From positions 32,001 through 96,000 of the forward strand of contig CBDCCS010000001.1 of NCBI GenBank assembly GCA_965214935.1: a stretch of DNA of 64,000 bases. Reading direction: 5' to 3'. Each line of letters starts with the position of its first letter. Position 1 is the stretch's first letter. Shown here piece by piece: positions 30,058-39,121 of this stretch. The position numbers were made by a program, and so were the translations under genes. Source of the DNA: Candidatus Velthaea sp. (GTDB lineage Bacteria > Vulcanimicrobiota > Vulcanimicrobiia > Vulcanimicrobiales > Vulcanimicrobiaceae). The notes beneath the pieces were generated by a model. It searched no databases. It saw only the letters and a list, made by a program, of their open reading frames with translations, and had not been told where the DNA came from.

Positions 30058-31400
30058 TAGCGCGGCCCGCCCGCCAACTCCACGCCTGTTTTCTGCTGCT
30101 GCGATTCGCCGGCGGGCACGAGCCGTCCGAGACGTTCGCGCGCGACGCCGACCGCTGCGTCAAACGCCTGCATGGCGGTTGCCACTTGTTCGGCGCTGAC
30201 GATTAAGGGCGGCTCCAAGCGGATGACCCGCTGCGCGTTGAGCGTCCAAGCCGCGGTGACGCCGCGCTTGAGCAGTTCGGGGACGATCGTTCCGCCGTAA
30301 CCTTCCGCGCGCAGTTCGACACCGACGAGCAAACCCGCGCCGCGCACGTCGGCGATAACCTCCGGATAGCGTGCTTGGGTCGCGCGGGCAAAGGCAAGCA
30401 CTTCGGCACCGCGGCGTTGCGCGTTGCGCGCGAGGTCGTCGTCGATCAAGACGTCCAGGGCGGCGAGGGCGGCGGCGCACGCAAGCTCGTTGCCGCCGAA
30501 GGTCGACGTGTGCATGAGCGGCGCCTTCGCATACGCGGCCTGCCACACCGCCGGCCGGGCGATATACGCGCCGATCGGCAAGACGCCGCCGGATAAGCCC
30601 TTCGCCAGGGCCATCACATCCGGAACGACTCCCTCGAGATCGCAACCGAACAGCGCGCCGCAACGGCCGAGACCAGTCTGCACCTCGTCGGCGATCATCA
30701 CGGCGCCGCTGCGATCGCACAAGGCCCGAACGCCGCGCAAGTAACCCTCCGGCGCGACGTTCACACCGCCTTCGGCTTGCAACGGTTCGACAATGAATGC
30801 CGCGGCATCGCCGATCGCTGCTTCGAGCGCCGGTAGGTCGCCGAACGGAACGTGCGTGACCTCGGGAACCAGCGGCCGATACGCTTCCTGGTAATACGCG
30901 CGTCCGCTGACGGATAACGCTCCGAGCGTCTTGCCGTGATACGCAGCGACGGTTGAAACGATCTTCGTGCGCTTGGTGGCCGCACGCGCGAGCTTGAGCG
31001 CGCCTTCGACGGCCTCCGTCCCGCTGTTGCAGAAAAACGAAATTTGCAAGTCACCCGGCGTTAGCTCCGCCAGCCGCTTTGCTAAGCGCCCCATGAGCGG
31101 ATTGAACATCGTCCGGCCCGAGAGCGCCATTACTTCGAGTTGCTCGCGGACCGCCGCAACGACGCGCGGATGACGGTGACCCAGCGTGAACACGCCGTAA
31201 CCACCGGCAAAATCGAGGTATGTCTTGCCTTGATGATCGGTAATCGTACAGCCTTGGGCGGACATTTCAACCGGACTGCCCGACAGCTTCATGACGCGCG
31301 CGAGAGGCGGATTGAGAAACGTCCGATAGTTTTCGTACGTTTCGGCGAAGACCTCGGACGCAGTTGGTTTGTGCAGGGCCCTTTGACGAGGCTGCGTCAA
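30057..31400 (-). CDS. Class III PLP aminotransferase (omega-amine type)
   Basis: DFAGGYGVFTLGH, NSGTEAVEGALK, YHGKTLGALS, DEVQTGLGR, AKGLSGG, HTSTFGGN; TTG start overlaps the dusB TGA. Confidence 0.9.
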   Translation of the reverse strand: MTQPRQRALHKPTASEVFAETYENYRTFLNPPLARVMKLSGSPVEMSAQGCTITDHQGKTYLDFAGGYGVFTLGHRHPRVVAAVREQLEVMALSGRTMFNPLMGRLAKRLAELTPGDLQISFFCNSGTEAVEGALKLARAATKRTKIVSTVAAYHGKTLGALSVSGRAYYQEAYRPLVPEVTHVPFGDLPALEAAIGDAAAFIVEPLQAEGGVNVAPEGYLRGVRALCDRSGAVMIADEVQTGLGRCGALFGCDLEGVVPDVMALAKGLSGGVLPIGAYIARPAVWQAAYAKAPLMHTSTFGGNELACAAALAALDVLIDDDLARNAQRRGAEVLAFARATQARYPEVIADVRGAGLLVGVELRAEGYGGTIVPELLKRGVTAAWTLNAQRVIRLEPPLIVSAEQVATAMQAFDAAVGVARERLGRLVPAGESQQQKTGVELAGGPR

Positions 31401-32407
31401 GCGACGGCGCGTTCGGGCGTTATATCCAACCGGGCGATCGTTTCGCGCACGATGCTCAGCGTTTCGGCGGCGGTGGGCGTACGCATCAAGCGTTCGCGCA
31501 ATTCGCTTGCGCCGTAAAAGCCTTTGAGATAGTAGCCTAGATGCTTGCGCATCTGCGGGACCGCGCGGCCTTCGCCCCATTCGGCGACCATTGTTTCGTA
31601 ATGCACGACGGCAAAGCCTAAACGCACCGCCGCCGACGGATACGGCGCGGGCACCTCACCCGCCATGAGCGAGCGCAGCGCCGCGACTAACCAGGGATTG
31701 CCCAGCGTGGCCCGGCCGAGCATGACCGCGTCGACACCGCTCGCGCGCATCTGGTCGAGCGCGCTCTGCGCATCGCTCAGATCGCCGTTGCCGATGACCG
31801 GGATGTCGACGGCGGCTTTGAGCTTTGCAATATGCGTCCAATCGGCGCTGCCGCGGTAGAACTGCTTGGCGGTCCGCGCGTGCAGCGTCAACGCCGCCAC
31901 GCCGGCAGCTTGTGCGCGTTTGGCGACGTCGAGATAGACCAGGTCGTCCTCGGTCCAGCCCAGTCGCATCTTGACCGTCACCGGGCAGTCAACGGCGGCG
32001 ACAACGGCTCGCATGATCGCCTCGCAGCGCGCTACGTCGCGCAGGCAAGCGCTGCCGCCTTCGGTTTTCGTTACCTTCGGTGCCGGACAGCCGAAGTTGA
32101 TGTCGACGATGTCGGCCCCGCACTCGCGTACGATCCGCGCCGCTTCGGCCATTATCGCCGGATCGCTGCCCCAAAGCTGGGTCGAAACCGGCTTCTCCAG
32201 CCCGTGCTGATCGATCATGTCCATCGTGCGCTTGCTGCCGAACTGCAAAGCGTTCGAGCTAACAAACTCCGTAACGGTCAGACCGAAACCGAACGGACGG
32301 TACAGCGCGCGCAACGTGCGATTTGTAACACCGGACATCGGAGCGAGGACGATCGGGGGCCAGATCTCATGCGGACCGATCCGCAGGGAAGGGACGACGC
32401 GGGCCAT
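31397..32407 (-). CDS. dusB: tRNA dihydrouridine synthase DusB
   Basis: LAPMSGVT, DINFGCP, VTVKMRLG, LHART, IGNGD, VMLGR..GNPW. Confidence 0.92.
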   Translation of the reverse strand: MARVVPSLRIGPHEIWPPIVLAPMSGVTNRTLRALYRPFGFGLTVTEFVSSNALQFGSKRTMDMIDQHGLEKPVSTQLWGSDPAIMAEAARIVRECGADIVDINFGCPAPKVTKTEGGSACLRDVARCEAIMRAVVAAVDCPVTVKMRLGWTEDDLVYLDVAKRAQAAGVAALTLHARTAKQFYRGSADWTHIAKLKAAVDIPVIGNGDLSDAQSALDQMRASGVDAVMLGRATLGNPWLVAALRSLMAGEVPAPYPSAAVRLGFAVVHYETMVAEWGEGRAVPQMRKHLGYYLKGFYGASELRERLMRTPTAAETLSIVRETIARLDITPERAVA

Positions 32408-32528
32408 GACGCCCCAGTATAACGTGCTTTGATGAATTCGCCTAGGCGTCCGCCGCGTTTAACCGCCGGATGATGACCGGCGGCTCGGCCGCAGCCCCCG
32501 CATGCGACAGACCGACAGACGCGATCCG

Positions 32529-33302
32529 TCAGCTTCGGGCAAGCGAGGCGTGATGCAAACGCAGACCGTCGAGCACTAGATTCGGCTCGACGCGTTCGAT
32601 GATCTGCGTTTCGCGTGCGACGATGTCGGCTAGGCCGCCCGTGGCAATGACGCGGGCGGAAACGGCCATCTCGGCATGCAGTCGGGCGACGATTCCTTCG
32701 GTTTGCGCGACGGCGCCATACACGATGCCCGACTGCAGCGCGGTAACGGTATCGCGACCGATTGCCGACGGCGGCGCAGCCAGCGCGATTTGCGGAAGTT
32801 TCGCCGTGCGGGTCGCAAGCGCGTCGATCGAGATTTGAATGCCGGGTGCGATCGCAACACCGAGCAGCTGCCCGGCCGAATCGATCGCACAGTACGTCGT
32901 CGCGGTGCCGAAATTAATGACGATGAGCGGCGGCGCGGCCGCCGCAACGCCGCCGATCGCGCCGGCGGCGAGATCCGCGCCCAGTTCATGCGGCCGATCG
33001 GTTCGGATCTCGATGAGGGTCTGCGCGGCGGCGCTAAAGGCGACGGGCTCGCAGCCGAAATACGTCCGGCACGCTTCGTACAACGAGCGGTCGACTTGCG
33101 GAACGACGCTGGCGATAACGATCGCCGAAACCGCCGTAAGCGCAAATCCGGCCGAAGCGAAGAACGAGGTGAAGAGCACGCCGTACTCATCGGATGTCCG
33201 GCGTTGAGCGGTCGTTGCGCGCCAGCGACCGACAATGCGCCCGCCGATGTCGAAATAGCCGAGCTTGGTATCGGTATTACCGACATCGATTGCGAGCAGC
33301 AC
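32529..33302 (-). CDS. coaX: Type III pantothenate kinase
   Basis: LLAIDVGNT, SVVP, LGAD, FGTATT, IAPG, ATGG; adjacent to coaBC. Confidence 0.93.
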   Translation of the reverse strand: MLLAIDVGNTDTKLGYFDIGGRIVGRWRATTAQRRTSDEYGVLFTSFFASAGFALTAVSAIVIASVVPQVDRSLYEACRTYFGCEPVAFSAAAQTLIEIRTDRPHELGADLAAGAIGGVAAAAPPLIVINFGTATTYCAIDSAGQLLGVAIAPGIQISIDALATRTAKLPQIALAAPPSAIGRDTVTALQSGIVYGAVAQTEGIVARLHAEMAVSARVIATGGLADIVARETQIIERVEPNLVLDGLRLHHASLARS

Positions 33303-33307
33303 GCGAT

Positions 33308-34498
33308 TTAGCCGCGCTGCCGGCGAATCGCGGTAACGGCATCCCAAAAGCGGCCGGCCAACGCGCGCTTGGAGGCCCGGCCTAAGTCCCGGCGCTTGTC
33401 GCTGCCCCAAAGCAACGCCAATTCGCCACTACCCGTACCGAACGCATTCCCGCCGGCGACGTCGTTGACGGCGATAGCGTCAAGCCGTTTTTCGGCCAGC
33501 TTCGCCCGGGCATGACGTTCGGCATCGCGCGTTTCGGCGGCAAAGCCGACCAAAAACATACCGCGCTTCACTTCACCGAGTGCCGCCAAAATGTCCGGGT
33601 TTCGCTCGAGTGCGATGGGCTGCGGTTCGGCGCTCTTCTTTACTTTGTGTTCGTACGTCTGCGCGGGCCGCCAATCGGCAACCGCGGCCGTTGCAACGGC
33701 GACCGTGGCCTCTGCCGACCGGCTCAGCGTCGCGGCGAACATCTCGCGCGCCGTCGTCACGCGCACGACATCGGCGCCGGCCGGCGGCGGAACGAGCGTC
33801 GGGCCGAGGATGAGATCGACGCGCGCTCCGCGGGCGAGTGCTTCACGCGCTATTTCGATGCCCATCGTACCGGTCGACGCGTTGGACAAAAAGCGTACCG
33901 GATCGATCGCCTCGCGGGTCGGACCGGCGGTGATGACGACACGGTCGCCGGCGAGATCGTGCGTCCGCATCAGCGTCCGTTCGATCGCCGCGATGAGGGT
34001 GGCCTCGTCGGCGAGACGTCCGACGCCGTACTCGCGCTCGGCAAGATAGCCGTCGTCCGGATCCACGATCTCCGCACCACGCGAACGAAGAATCGCGAGA
34101 TTTGCCTGCGTTGCGGGGTGCTCGTACATCGCGGCGTTCATCGCCGGCGCGACGAGCAGCGGCACTCGCGCTGCTAACGCAACGTTCGTGAGCAAGTCGT
34201 CGGCGATACCGGCGGCAAGCCGGGCAATGACGTTTGCCGTCGCCGGTATGACGGCAACAATCTCGTTGTCGCGCGCTAGCGCGATGTGAGGAACAGCGGC
34301 TCGGTCGTCCCACAACGACGTATGCACCGCGCGATGCGTTAGGGCCGCAAACGTTAGCGGGGCAATGAAGCGCTGCGCGTCCCGGCTCATAACGACATCG
34401 ACGATCGCGCCGCGTTGCACGAGCCGGCTGACGAGCGCCGCAGCCTTATAGGCGGCGATGCCGCCGCAAACGCCTAAAAGGACGCGACGGCCGGTCAA
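33308..34498 (-). CDS. coaBC: Phosphopantothenoylcysteine decarboxylase/ligase
   Basis: GGIAAYKA, PATAN, APAMN, ITAGPTREAIDPVRFLSN, AAVAD, VGFAAET. Confidence 0.97.
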   Translation of the reverse strand: MTGRRVLLGVCGGIAAYKAAALVSRLVQRGAIVDVVMSRDAQRFIAPLTFAALTHRAVHTSLWDDRAAVPHIALARDNEIVAVIPATANVIARLAAGIADDLLTNVALAARVPLLVAPAMNAAMYEHPATQANLAILRSRGAEIVDPDDGYLAEREYGVGRLADEATLIAAIERTLMRTHDLAGDRVVITAGPTREAIDPVRFLSNASTGTMGIEIAREALARGARVDLILGPTLVPPPAGADVVRVTTAREMFAATLSRSAEATVAVATAAVADWRPAQTYEHKVKKSAEPQPIALERNPDILAALGEVKRGMFLVGFAAETRDAERHARAKLAEKRLDAIAVNDVAGGNAFGTGSGELALLWGSDKRRDLGRASKRALAGRFWDAVTAIRRQRG

Positions 34499-34788
34499 TG
34501 TCGAATGACTCGAAGAAGTGTGCGCCCGACGGAGAATGGTTGACCGACATCGAGTGATTCTGTTCCCGCGACCGGATGGCCGTCGACTACCGTACCGTTC
34601 CGGCTCGCAAGATCAGTGAGTTGTAATTGGCCCGACTCCTCAGCCAACTTAGCATGCTTGCGTGAAATATACCGATCGATCGTAATGCAAGCCGTTGCGA
34701 CGGAATCATCCCGACCGATAGTGATCTCACGATCGAAGACCCACGTTTTACCGTCGAGCGGCCCACTCATCACTTCGAGGACATACAT
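34495..34788 (-). CDS. FHA domain protein
   Basis: IGR, ISRKHA, DLASRNGT. Confidence 0.88.
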   Translation of the reverse strand: MYVLEVMSGPLDGKTWVFDREITIGRDDSVATACITIDRYISRKHAKLAEESGQLQLTDLASRNGTVVDGHPVAGTESLDVGQPFSVGRTLLRVIRH

Positions 34789-34843
34789 CGCGTTGGGCGT
34801 TCGCCCGGCGACGACGCACGGACCTCCGCCGGTCAGGATAAAG

Positions 34844-35059
34844 ATGGTAGATAAACAGACGCCGATCGAGCCCGCAACCGTCGATCCGGAAAATCTACGC
34901 ACCGCCGAATTCGAGCAAACGCAAACCAAGCTTGATTCGCTCGTCGGTAAAACCGTCGTTGCAGCGCAGATCGAAGACACGCGCATCACCGTCACGACGA
35001 CCGACGGACAGGTCTATTTCTTTTACGGCTTTATGGGCGGTCGCGACGCCGGCGGCTAA
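34844..35059 (+). CDS. Small hypothetical protein (71 aa)
   Basis: AGGA RBS before ATG 34844; fills the gap between FHA and the ynbB-like gene. Confidence 0.6.
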   Translation: MVDKQTPIEPATVDPENLRTAEFEQTQTKLDSLVGKTVVAAQIEDTRITVTTTDGQVYFFYGFMGGRDAGG

Positions 35060-36310
35060 TTACGCTGCGCGCATGACTTCAGTTGCGGCAACCGCCGCGC
35101 CGAGTGCCGCGTGTTCGGCCATGATGCCGCCCTGAAAGTACACGTCATACGGCTCGCGCAGCGGTGCGTCGCACGAGAGTTCGATTGTCGCGCCGCTCAC
35201 GAACGAACCGCCGGACATGATGACCAAGTCACGGTAACCCGGCACGGCACCGGGTTCGGGCATAAAGCGGGCGTTGATCGGTAACGTTCGTTGCAAGCCG
35301 CGTGCAAACGCCTTGAGTCGTTCAGGCGAACCGAGCCGGATCGCCTGAACGATATCGGCGCGCGCCGCCCCCGGGAACGGATCGACGGTAAAGCCCAGTT
35401 CGGCAAAAAGCGCGGCGGCAAAATTTAAGCCGCGCAGCGTCTCGCCGACCACGAGCGGAGCGTAGAACAAGCCTTGAATGAACGCCCGCCCGAGGCCGAG
35501 CGTCGGGCCGAGTCCGGCGCCGATACCAGGGGCGTAAATACGGGTGGCAATGCGATCGATCAAGTCGGCTCTGCCGGCGATGTATCCGCCCGTCGGAGCG
35601 ATGCCGCCGCCGATATTCTTAATAAGCGAGCCGATGATAAGATCGGCGCCGGCGGCAAGCGGTTCGCGCGCTTCGACGAGCTCGCCATAGCAATTATCGA
35701 CGACAATCGGCAGCGTTGCGTCAACTGCACGCACGCGCGAAATCGTGCGCTCGATGTCGTCGACCGAAAGCGAGCGCCGCACGGCATAGCCGCGCGAACG
35801 CTGCACGAACATAACCGCCGGGCGGTGCCGGCGCACGGCAGCGACGAGCGCGGCATCATCCGTTACGCCGCCGGCCGTACGCGGCACATCGACGTACCGT
35901 ACTCCGCGCGCGACGAGCGAATGAGGTGCTTGCGTTATTGCATAGTGGAGCGTATCGTACGGAGCACCGTTCGCGCACAGCAGCGTCTCACCGGGACGCG
36001 TCAACGCATCGAGGCTTGCAACGATTGCGTGCGTACCGCTAACGATCGACAGCCGGGCTAGGACCTTTTCCGCCTCAAAGTACCGCGCCAACAGTGATTC
36101 GTAGCGGTCGCGCGTCGGATCGTCGTAACCGTAGCCGGTGCTGCCGGCAAGGTCGCTTTCCGTTATCCCTTCGGCCAAGAACGCCGCGATCACGCGCATT
36201 TTCACCGCAACACGAGCCGGGTCGACGCAGCTTAGATACGGCACAGCAACCTGCGCTGCGGAGCGCACGCGCTCGTCGATGTCGTGCCCGGCGAACAGCG
36301 CATCGATCAC
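35060..36310 (-). CDS. Methionine gamma-lyase/cystathionine beta-lyase-like PLP enzyme (YnbB/aluminium-resistance family)
   Basis: STGYGYDD, SGTHAI, PYDTL, QRSRGY, VDNCYGE, GSLIKN.GGG, IELSCDAP.REPY. Confidence 0.9.
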   Translation of the reverse strand: MIDALFAGHDIDERVRSAAQVAVPYLSCVDPARVAVKMRVIAAFLAEGITESDLAGSTGYGYDDPTRDRYESLLARYFEAEKVLARLSIVSGTHAIVASLDALTRPGETLLCANGAPYDTLHYAITQAPHSLVARGVRYVDVPRTAGGVTDDAALVAAVRRHRPAVMFVQRSRGYAVRRSLSVDDIERTISRVRAVDATLPIVVDNCYGELVEAREPLAAGADLIIGSLIKNIGGGIAPTGGYIAGRADLIDRIATRIYAPGIGAGLGPTLGLGRAFIQGLFYAPLVVGETLRGLNFAAALFAELGFTVDPFPGAARADIVQAIRLGSPERLKAFARGLQRTLPINARFMPEPGAVPGYRDLVIMSGGSFVSGATIELSCDAPLREPYDVYFQGGIMAEHAALGAAVAATEVMRAA

Positions 36311-37584
36311 CGCGGCGCGCGAGCGGCGGTTGCGGGCACCGCATCAGGCACGGTTTCTTTGTGCAGTTCCGCCCGTTCGAAGATCCGGACGAACGGCGCG
36401 TAAATAGCCGTAGCGATTGCGATGTTGACGATCGCGAGCACGACCGAGCGCCAGTCGAAGGTTGCCAGCACGACGCTGATAACCGTCGGGATCGATGATG
36501 GCACGTAGAAGGCAGGCGGCCGCACCAGACCGGCCTTCATCGCAATGTATGTCGTCGTCGCTAGGATGCCCGGTGCGCAGACGAATGGGATGGCAAGATA
36601 CGCATTAAAAACGAGCGGCACACCTAAGATGAGCGGTTCGTTCGTATTTATGAGCGACGGGCCGATCGAGGCCAGCGCAATCTTCTTGAGCCGGGCGCTT
36701 TTCGAGCGCAACAGCAGCAGGGCCAGCGGCAACGTCGCACCCGCGCCGCCCGGGAACACGAAGAGGAACGTCGACACGACGACGATGTGGCTCAACGGGG
36801 CGCCATGCGAATACTCGGCGGTGTTCGCAAACTGCAAGCGCAGATAGATCGGTGTCACGACCGCCGCTAGAAGCGCCGGCCCGTGAATGCCGACGAGCCA
36901 CAGAGCGGCTTGCAATACCGTTATAACCAGCAGTGCCGTATACGTATCGCCCAGATTGCCCAGTGGCTCGATCGCGGTTGCAAGCGCGCGCGCAAGCGAA
37001 AGATGTAATTCAAAAGCGCCGAAGGCAAGTGCGACGATAGCAAGCGCGCCGCACCACATGTAACGCCGGCCCAATTGAACGCGCGCAAGTGAAAGCGCGC
37101 CGGCAGTCAGCAGCGCCACGACGATGGCGAGGAATAACCCGCTGGCGCCTAATGCCAACGCGTAATCGGAGATTTTCGCGCCGCGCGGATGCGGCATTGA
37201 AAACGCAAAGACGCTCAGCGCTGCCGTCAGCATGAGCCATATCGGATAGTGCAAGCGGCGTGCGAGCACGGTGGCTAATGCGAAGATCAGCACGATCGAC
37301 ATCGTGGTAAAGCCGACATCGAGCGTCAGCACCAGGCGCGCCGATGAGAATGCATCGCGGAAGCGAGCTACGATGCTGCCGCGTTCGGCGAAGATAAGAA
37401 ATGCGGCGAGGCCTGCGATCAGCCCAACGAAACTAAATGGTAACGCATCGCGTAGCGCGAGAATCGCCGGAACATCGCCGAAGCGCTCGGCGAACGGCTC
37501 GAGCCGCGCTTCGAGCCACCGAAAAAACGGGTTGAGATTAGAGTCTGCGGACGACTGCCTCGACCCGTCCGACGATGGTGACAT
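36307..37584 (-). CDS. PTS transporter EIIC, lactose/cellobiose family
   Basis: ALRDA, LW.VGIHG, GGAGATL.L, NTNEPLILGVP.V.N; start uncertain, nearest ATG overlaps the lexA 3' end. Confidence 0.85.
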   Translation of the reverse strand: MSPSSDGSRQSSADSNLNPFFRWLEARLEPFAERFGDVPAILALRDALPFSFVGLIAGLAAFLIFAERGSIVARFRDAFSSARLVLTLDVGFTTMSIVLIFALATVLARRLHYPIWLMLTAALSVFAFSMPHPRGAKISDYALALGASGLFLAIVVALLTAGALSLARVQLGRRYMWCGALAIVALAFGAFELHLSLARALATAIEPLGNLGDTYTALLVITVLQAALWLVGIHGPALLAAVVTPIYLRLQFANTAEYSHGAPLSHIVVVSTFLFVFPGGAGATLPLALLLLRSKSARLKKIALASIGPSLINTNEPLILGVPLVFNAYLAIPFVCAPGILATTTYIAMKAGLVRPPAFYVPSSIPTVISVVLATFDWRSVVLAIVNIAIATAIYAPFVRIFERAELHKETVPDAVPATAARAPR

Positions 37585-38182
37585 CGTCCGCGTAGATTGG
37601 CGCCATGGTAGAATTCTCCGGTTGTAAGCGCACGCGTCCGGCTTCACGATAGAAGCGTTTGACGGTCGCTTCACCATCGATCATTGCAACGACGATTTCG
37701 CCGTTCGTTGCATCCGGCCGCGGCTCGACGACAATGAGGTCGCCATCCAGAATCGCAGCATCGATCATCGAATCGCCTTGAACGCGTAACATGAACGTTC
37801 CGGAACGGCGCACGAAGCTGGCCGGCAGAATAAACGTTTCTTCGTAGTTTTCGGCCGCCGTAATCGGCACGCCGGCGGCCACGCGCCCGACGATCGGCAA
37901 GGTAGCGGCGTCACTCCGTTCGCTCACGAGCGCCGGACCAGACGGCGGCGCCGACGGGCGAACGTAATCATGTGCGACGAGCGCTCGCGGTTTGGTCGGG
38001 TCGCGCCGCAACAGTCCCTGACGCTCCAAGCTCTTGAGGTGCGACTGGACCGTCGACGAGGACGAGAGCCCGACGCGCTCGCCAATCTCGCGCACCGACG
38101 GCGGGTAGCCCCGTTCGGCCGAGTATTCGCGAATCACATCGAGAATGCGCAGCTGCTTCTCCGTCGTCGCTCGCTCCGACAT
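37538..38182 (-). CDS. lexA: SOS repressor LexA
   Basis: GYPPSVREI, VGRVAAG.PI (Ala-Gly cleavage site), GDSM, TVKR. Confidence 0.98.
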   Translation of the reverse strand: MSERATTEKQLRILDVIREYSAERGYPPSVREIGERVGLSSSSTVQSHLKSLERQGLLRRDPTKPRALVAHDYVRPSAPPSGPALVSERSDAATLPIVGRVAAGVPITAAENYEETFILPASFVRRSGTFMLRVQGDSMIDAAILDGDLIVVEPRPDATNGEIVVAMIDGEATVKRFYREAGRVRLQPENSTMAPIYADDVTIVGRVEAVVRRL

Positions 38183-38294
38183 ACGAACCTCCAAAATCCG
38201 GCAGCATGCGTTTCAGCAATGCCACCCAGTAGGCACAATGCATCCGTACACTGGCCGTTATTAGCTTTAGCTTACCAGAGTCAGCGCGAAAGGG

Positions 38295-38308
38295 CAAACA
38301 TATGTTCG
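38295..38308. promoter_or_regulatory. SOS box (one mismatch)
   Basis: CAAAC-ATAT-GTTCG versus the Gram-positive consensus CGAAC-N4-GTTCG, in the lexA divergent region. Confidence 0.75.
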
Positions 38309-38316
38309 CGCAATGC

Positions 38317-38346
38317 TTGACGATGGCGTAACGATCGAGCTAAGAT
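38317..38346 (+). promoter_or_regulatory. Sigma70-type promoter for the LysM gene
   Basis: TTGACG-N18-TAAGAT lying between the two SOS boxes. Confidence 0.6.
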
Positions 38347-38354
38347 CTTGGGGG

Positions 38355-38368
38355 CGAACAGCCGTTCG
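38355..38368. promoter_or_regulatory. SOS box (perfect)
   Basis: CGAAC-AGCC-GTTCG. Confidence 0.88.
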
Positions 38369-38393
38369 CCCCTACATCTAGGAAGTAGCAGCA

Positions 38394-38681
38394 GTGCAAA
38401 CTCAGCATAATAAAAATTTTACGCTCATGCCGTTGGTCGCACTTGGCGTCTTGAGTCTTGCTGCAACGCTGCCCGTCATTTCCGCCGCAACCATTCATGC
38501 CGCGCCGCCACAACACTACCGGACCGTCGTAATCGCACCGGGTGATAACATCTGGTCGCTCGCCGCGGAACGAGCCGGCAAAGGCGCCGATATTCAGGCC
38601 GTCGTGGATGAGATTGTCGCCGTCAACCATATCGGCAGCAGCGGCTTAACTCCCGGACAGCGCATCCGCATCCCGCAATAG
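38394..38681 (+). CDS. LysM membrane protein, YneA/ChiZ-like SOS division inhibitor
   Basis: N-terminal TM plus LysM (GDNIWSLA...I..VN....LTPGQRIRIP), divergent from lexA and behind SOS boxes. Confidence 0.82.
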   Translation: MQTQHNKNFTLMPLVALGVLSLAATLPVISAATIHAAPPQHYRTVVIAPGDNIWSLAAERAGKGADIQAVVDEIVAVNHIGSSGLTPGQRIRIPQ

Positions 38682-38772
38682 CGCCGCTATGCCGGCGGTG
38701 AGTCGCCGAACGTCGGCAGTCCGGCTCGTCAACGGATCCGCCAAGCCGGCAGCAGGCGAAAGGGTCCTCGAG

Positions 38773-38982
38773 CTAAGGTCGCTGCGTTATGACGACACTA
38801 TGACCATCGTGCCGATCGAGAAATTGCAAGCCGTCGACAATCCAGGTGTCTAAACCGCCGCTAACGTGCTTAGCGACTTCTAGGACGATGTGCCGCCGAT
38901 TGCGCAGCCACGAGAGTTCCGACCGAGTCGTCGCGGGAAAAATAGCTTCCTCGCATTCCTCACAGTGATATCCGGCTTGCAC
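38773..38982 (-). CDS. Small hypothetical protein, possibly zinc-binding
   Basis: 69 aa; HCEEC near the N-terminus and HDGH near the C-terminus. Confidence 0.6.
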   Translation of the reverse strand: MQAGYHCEECEEAIFPATTRSELSWLRNRRHIVLEVAKHVSGGLDTWIVDGLQFLDRHDGHSVVITQRP

Positions 38983-39073
38983 CGACGGACGATACAGAGA
39001 AAACGAAAAAAGCCCTTCGCACCGGTGCAGTCGTAGTGACGCTCGCGGCGGCGTTTTGCAACTAGCGCAAATG

Positions 39074-39104
39074 AAAACGAGCCCCGTTCCCGGGGCTCGT
39101 TTTT
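39074..39104 (-). terminator. Intrinsic terminator, potentially bidirectional
   Basis: AAAACGAGCCCCG-TTCC-CGGGGCTCGTTTTT just downstream of the second receptor gene. Confidence 0.88.
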
Positions 39105-39121
39105 ACTCGCAACGACGGACT

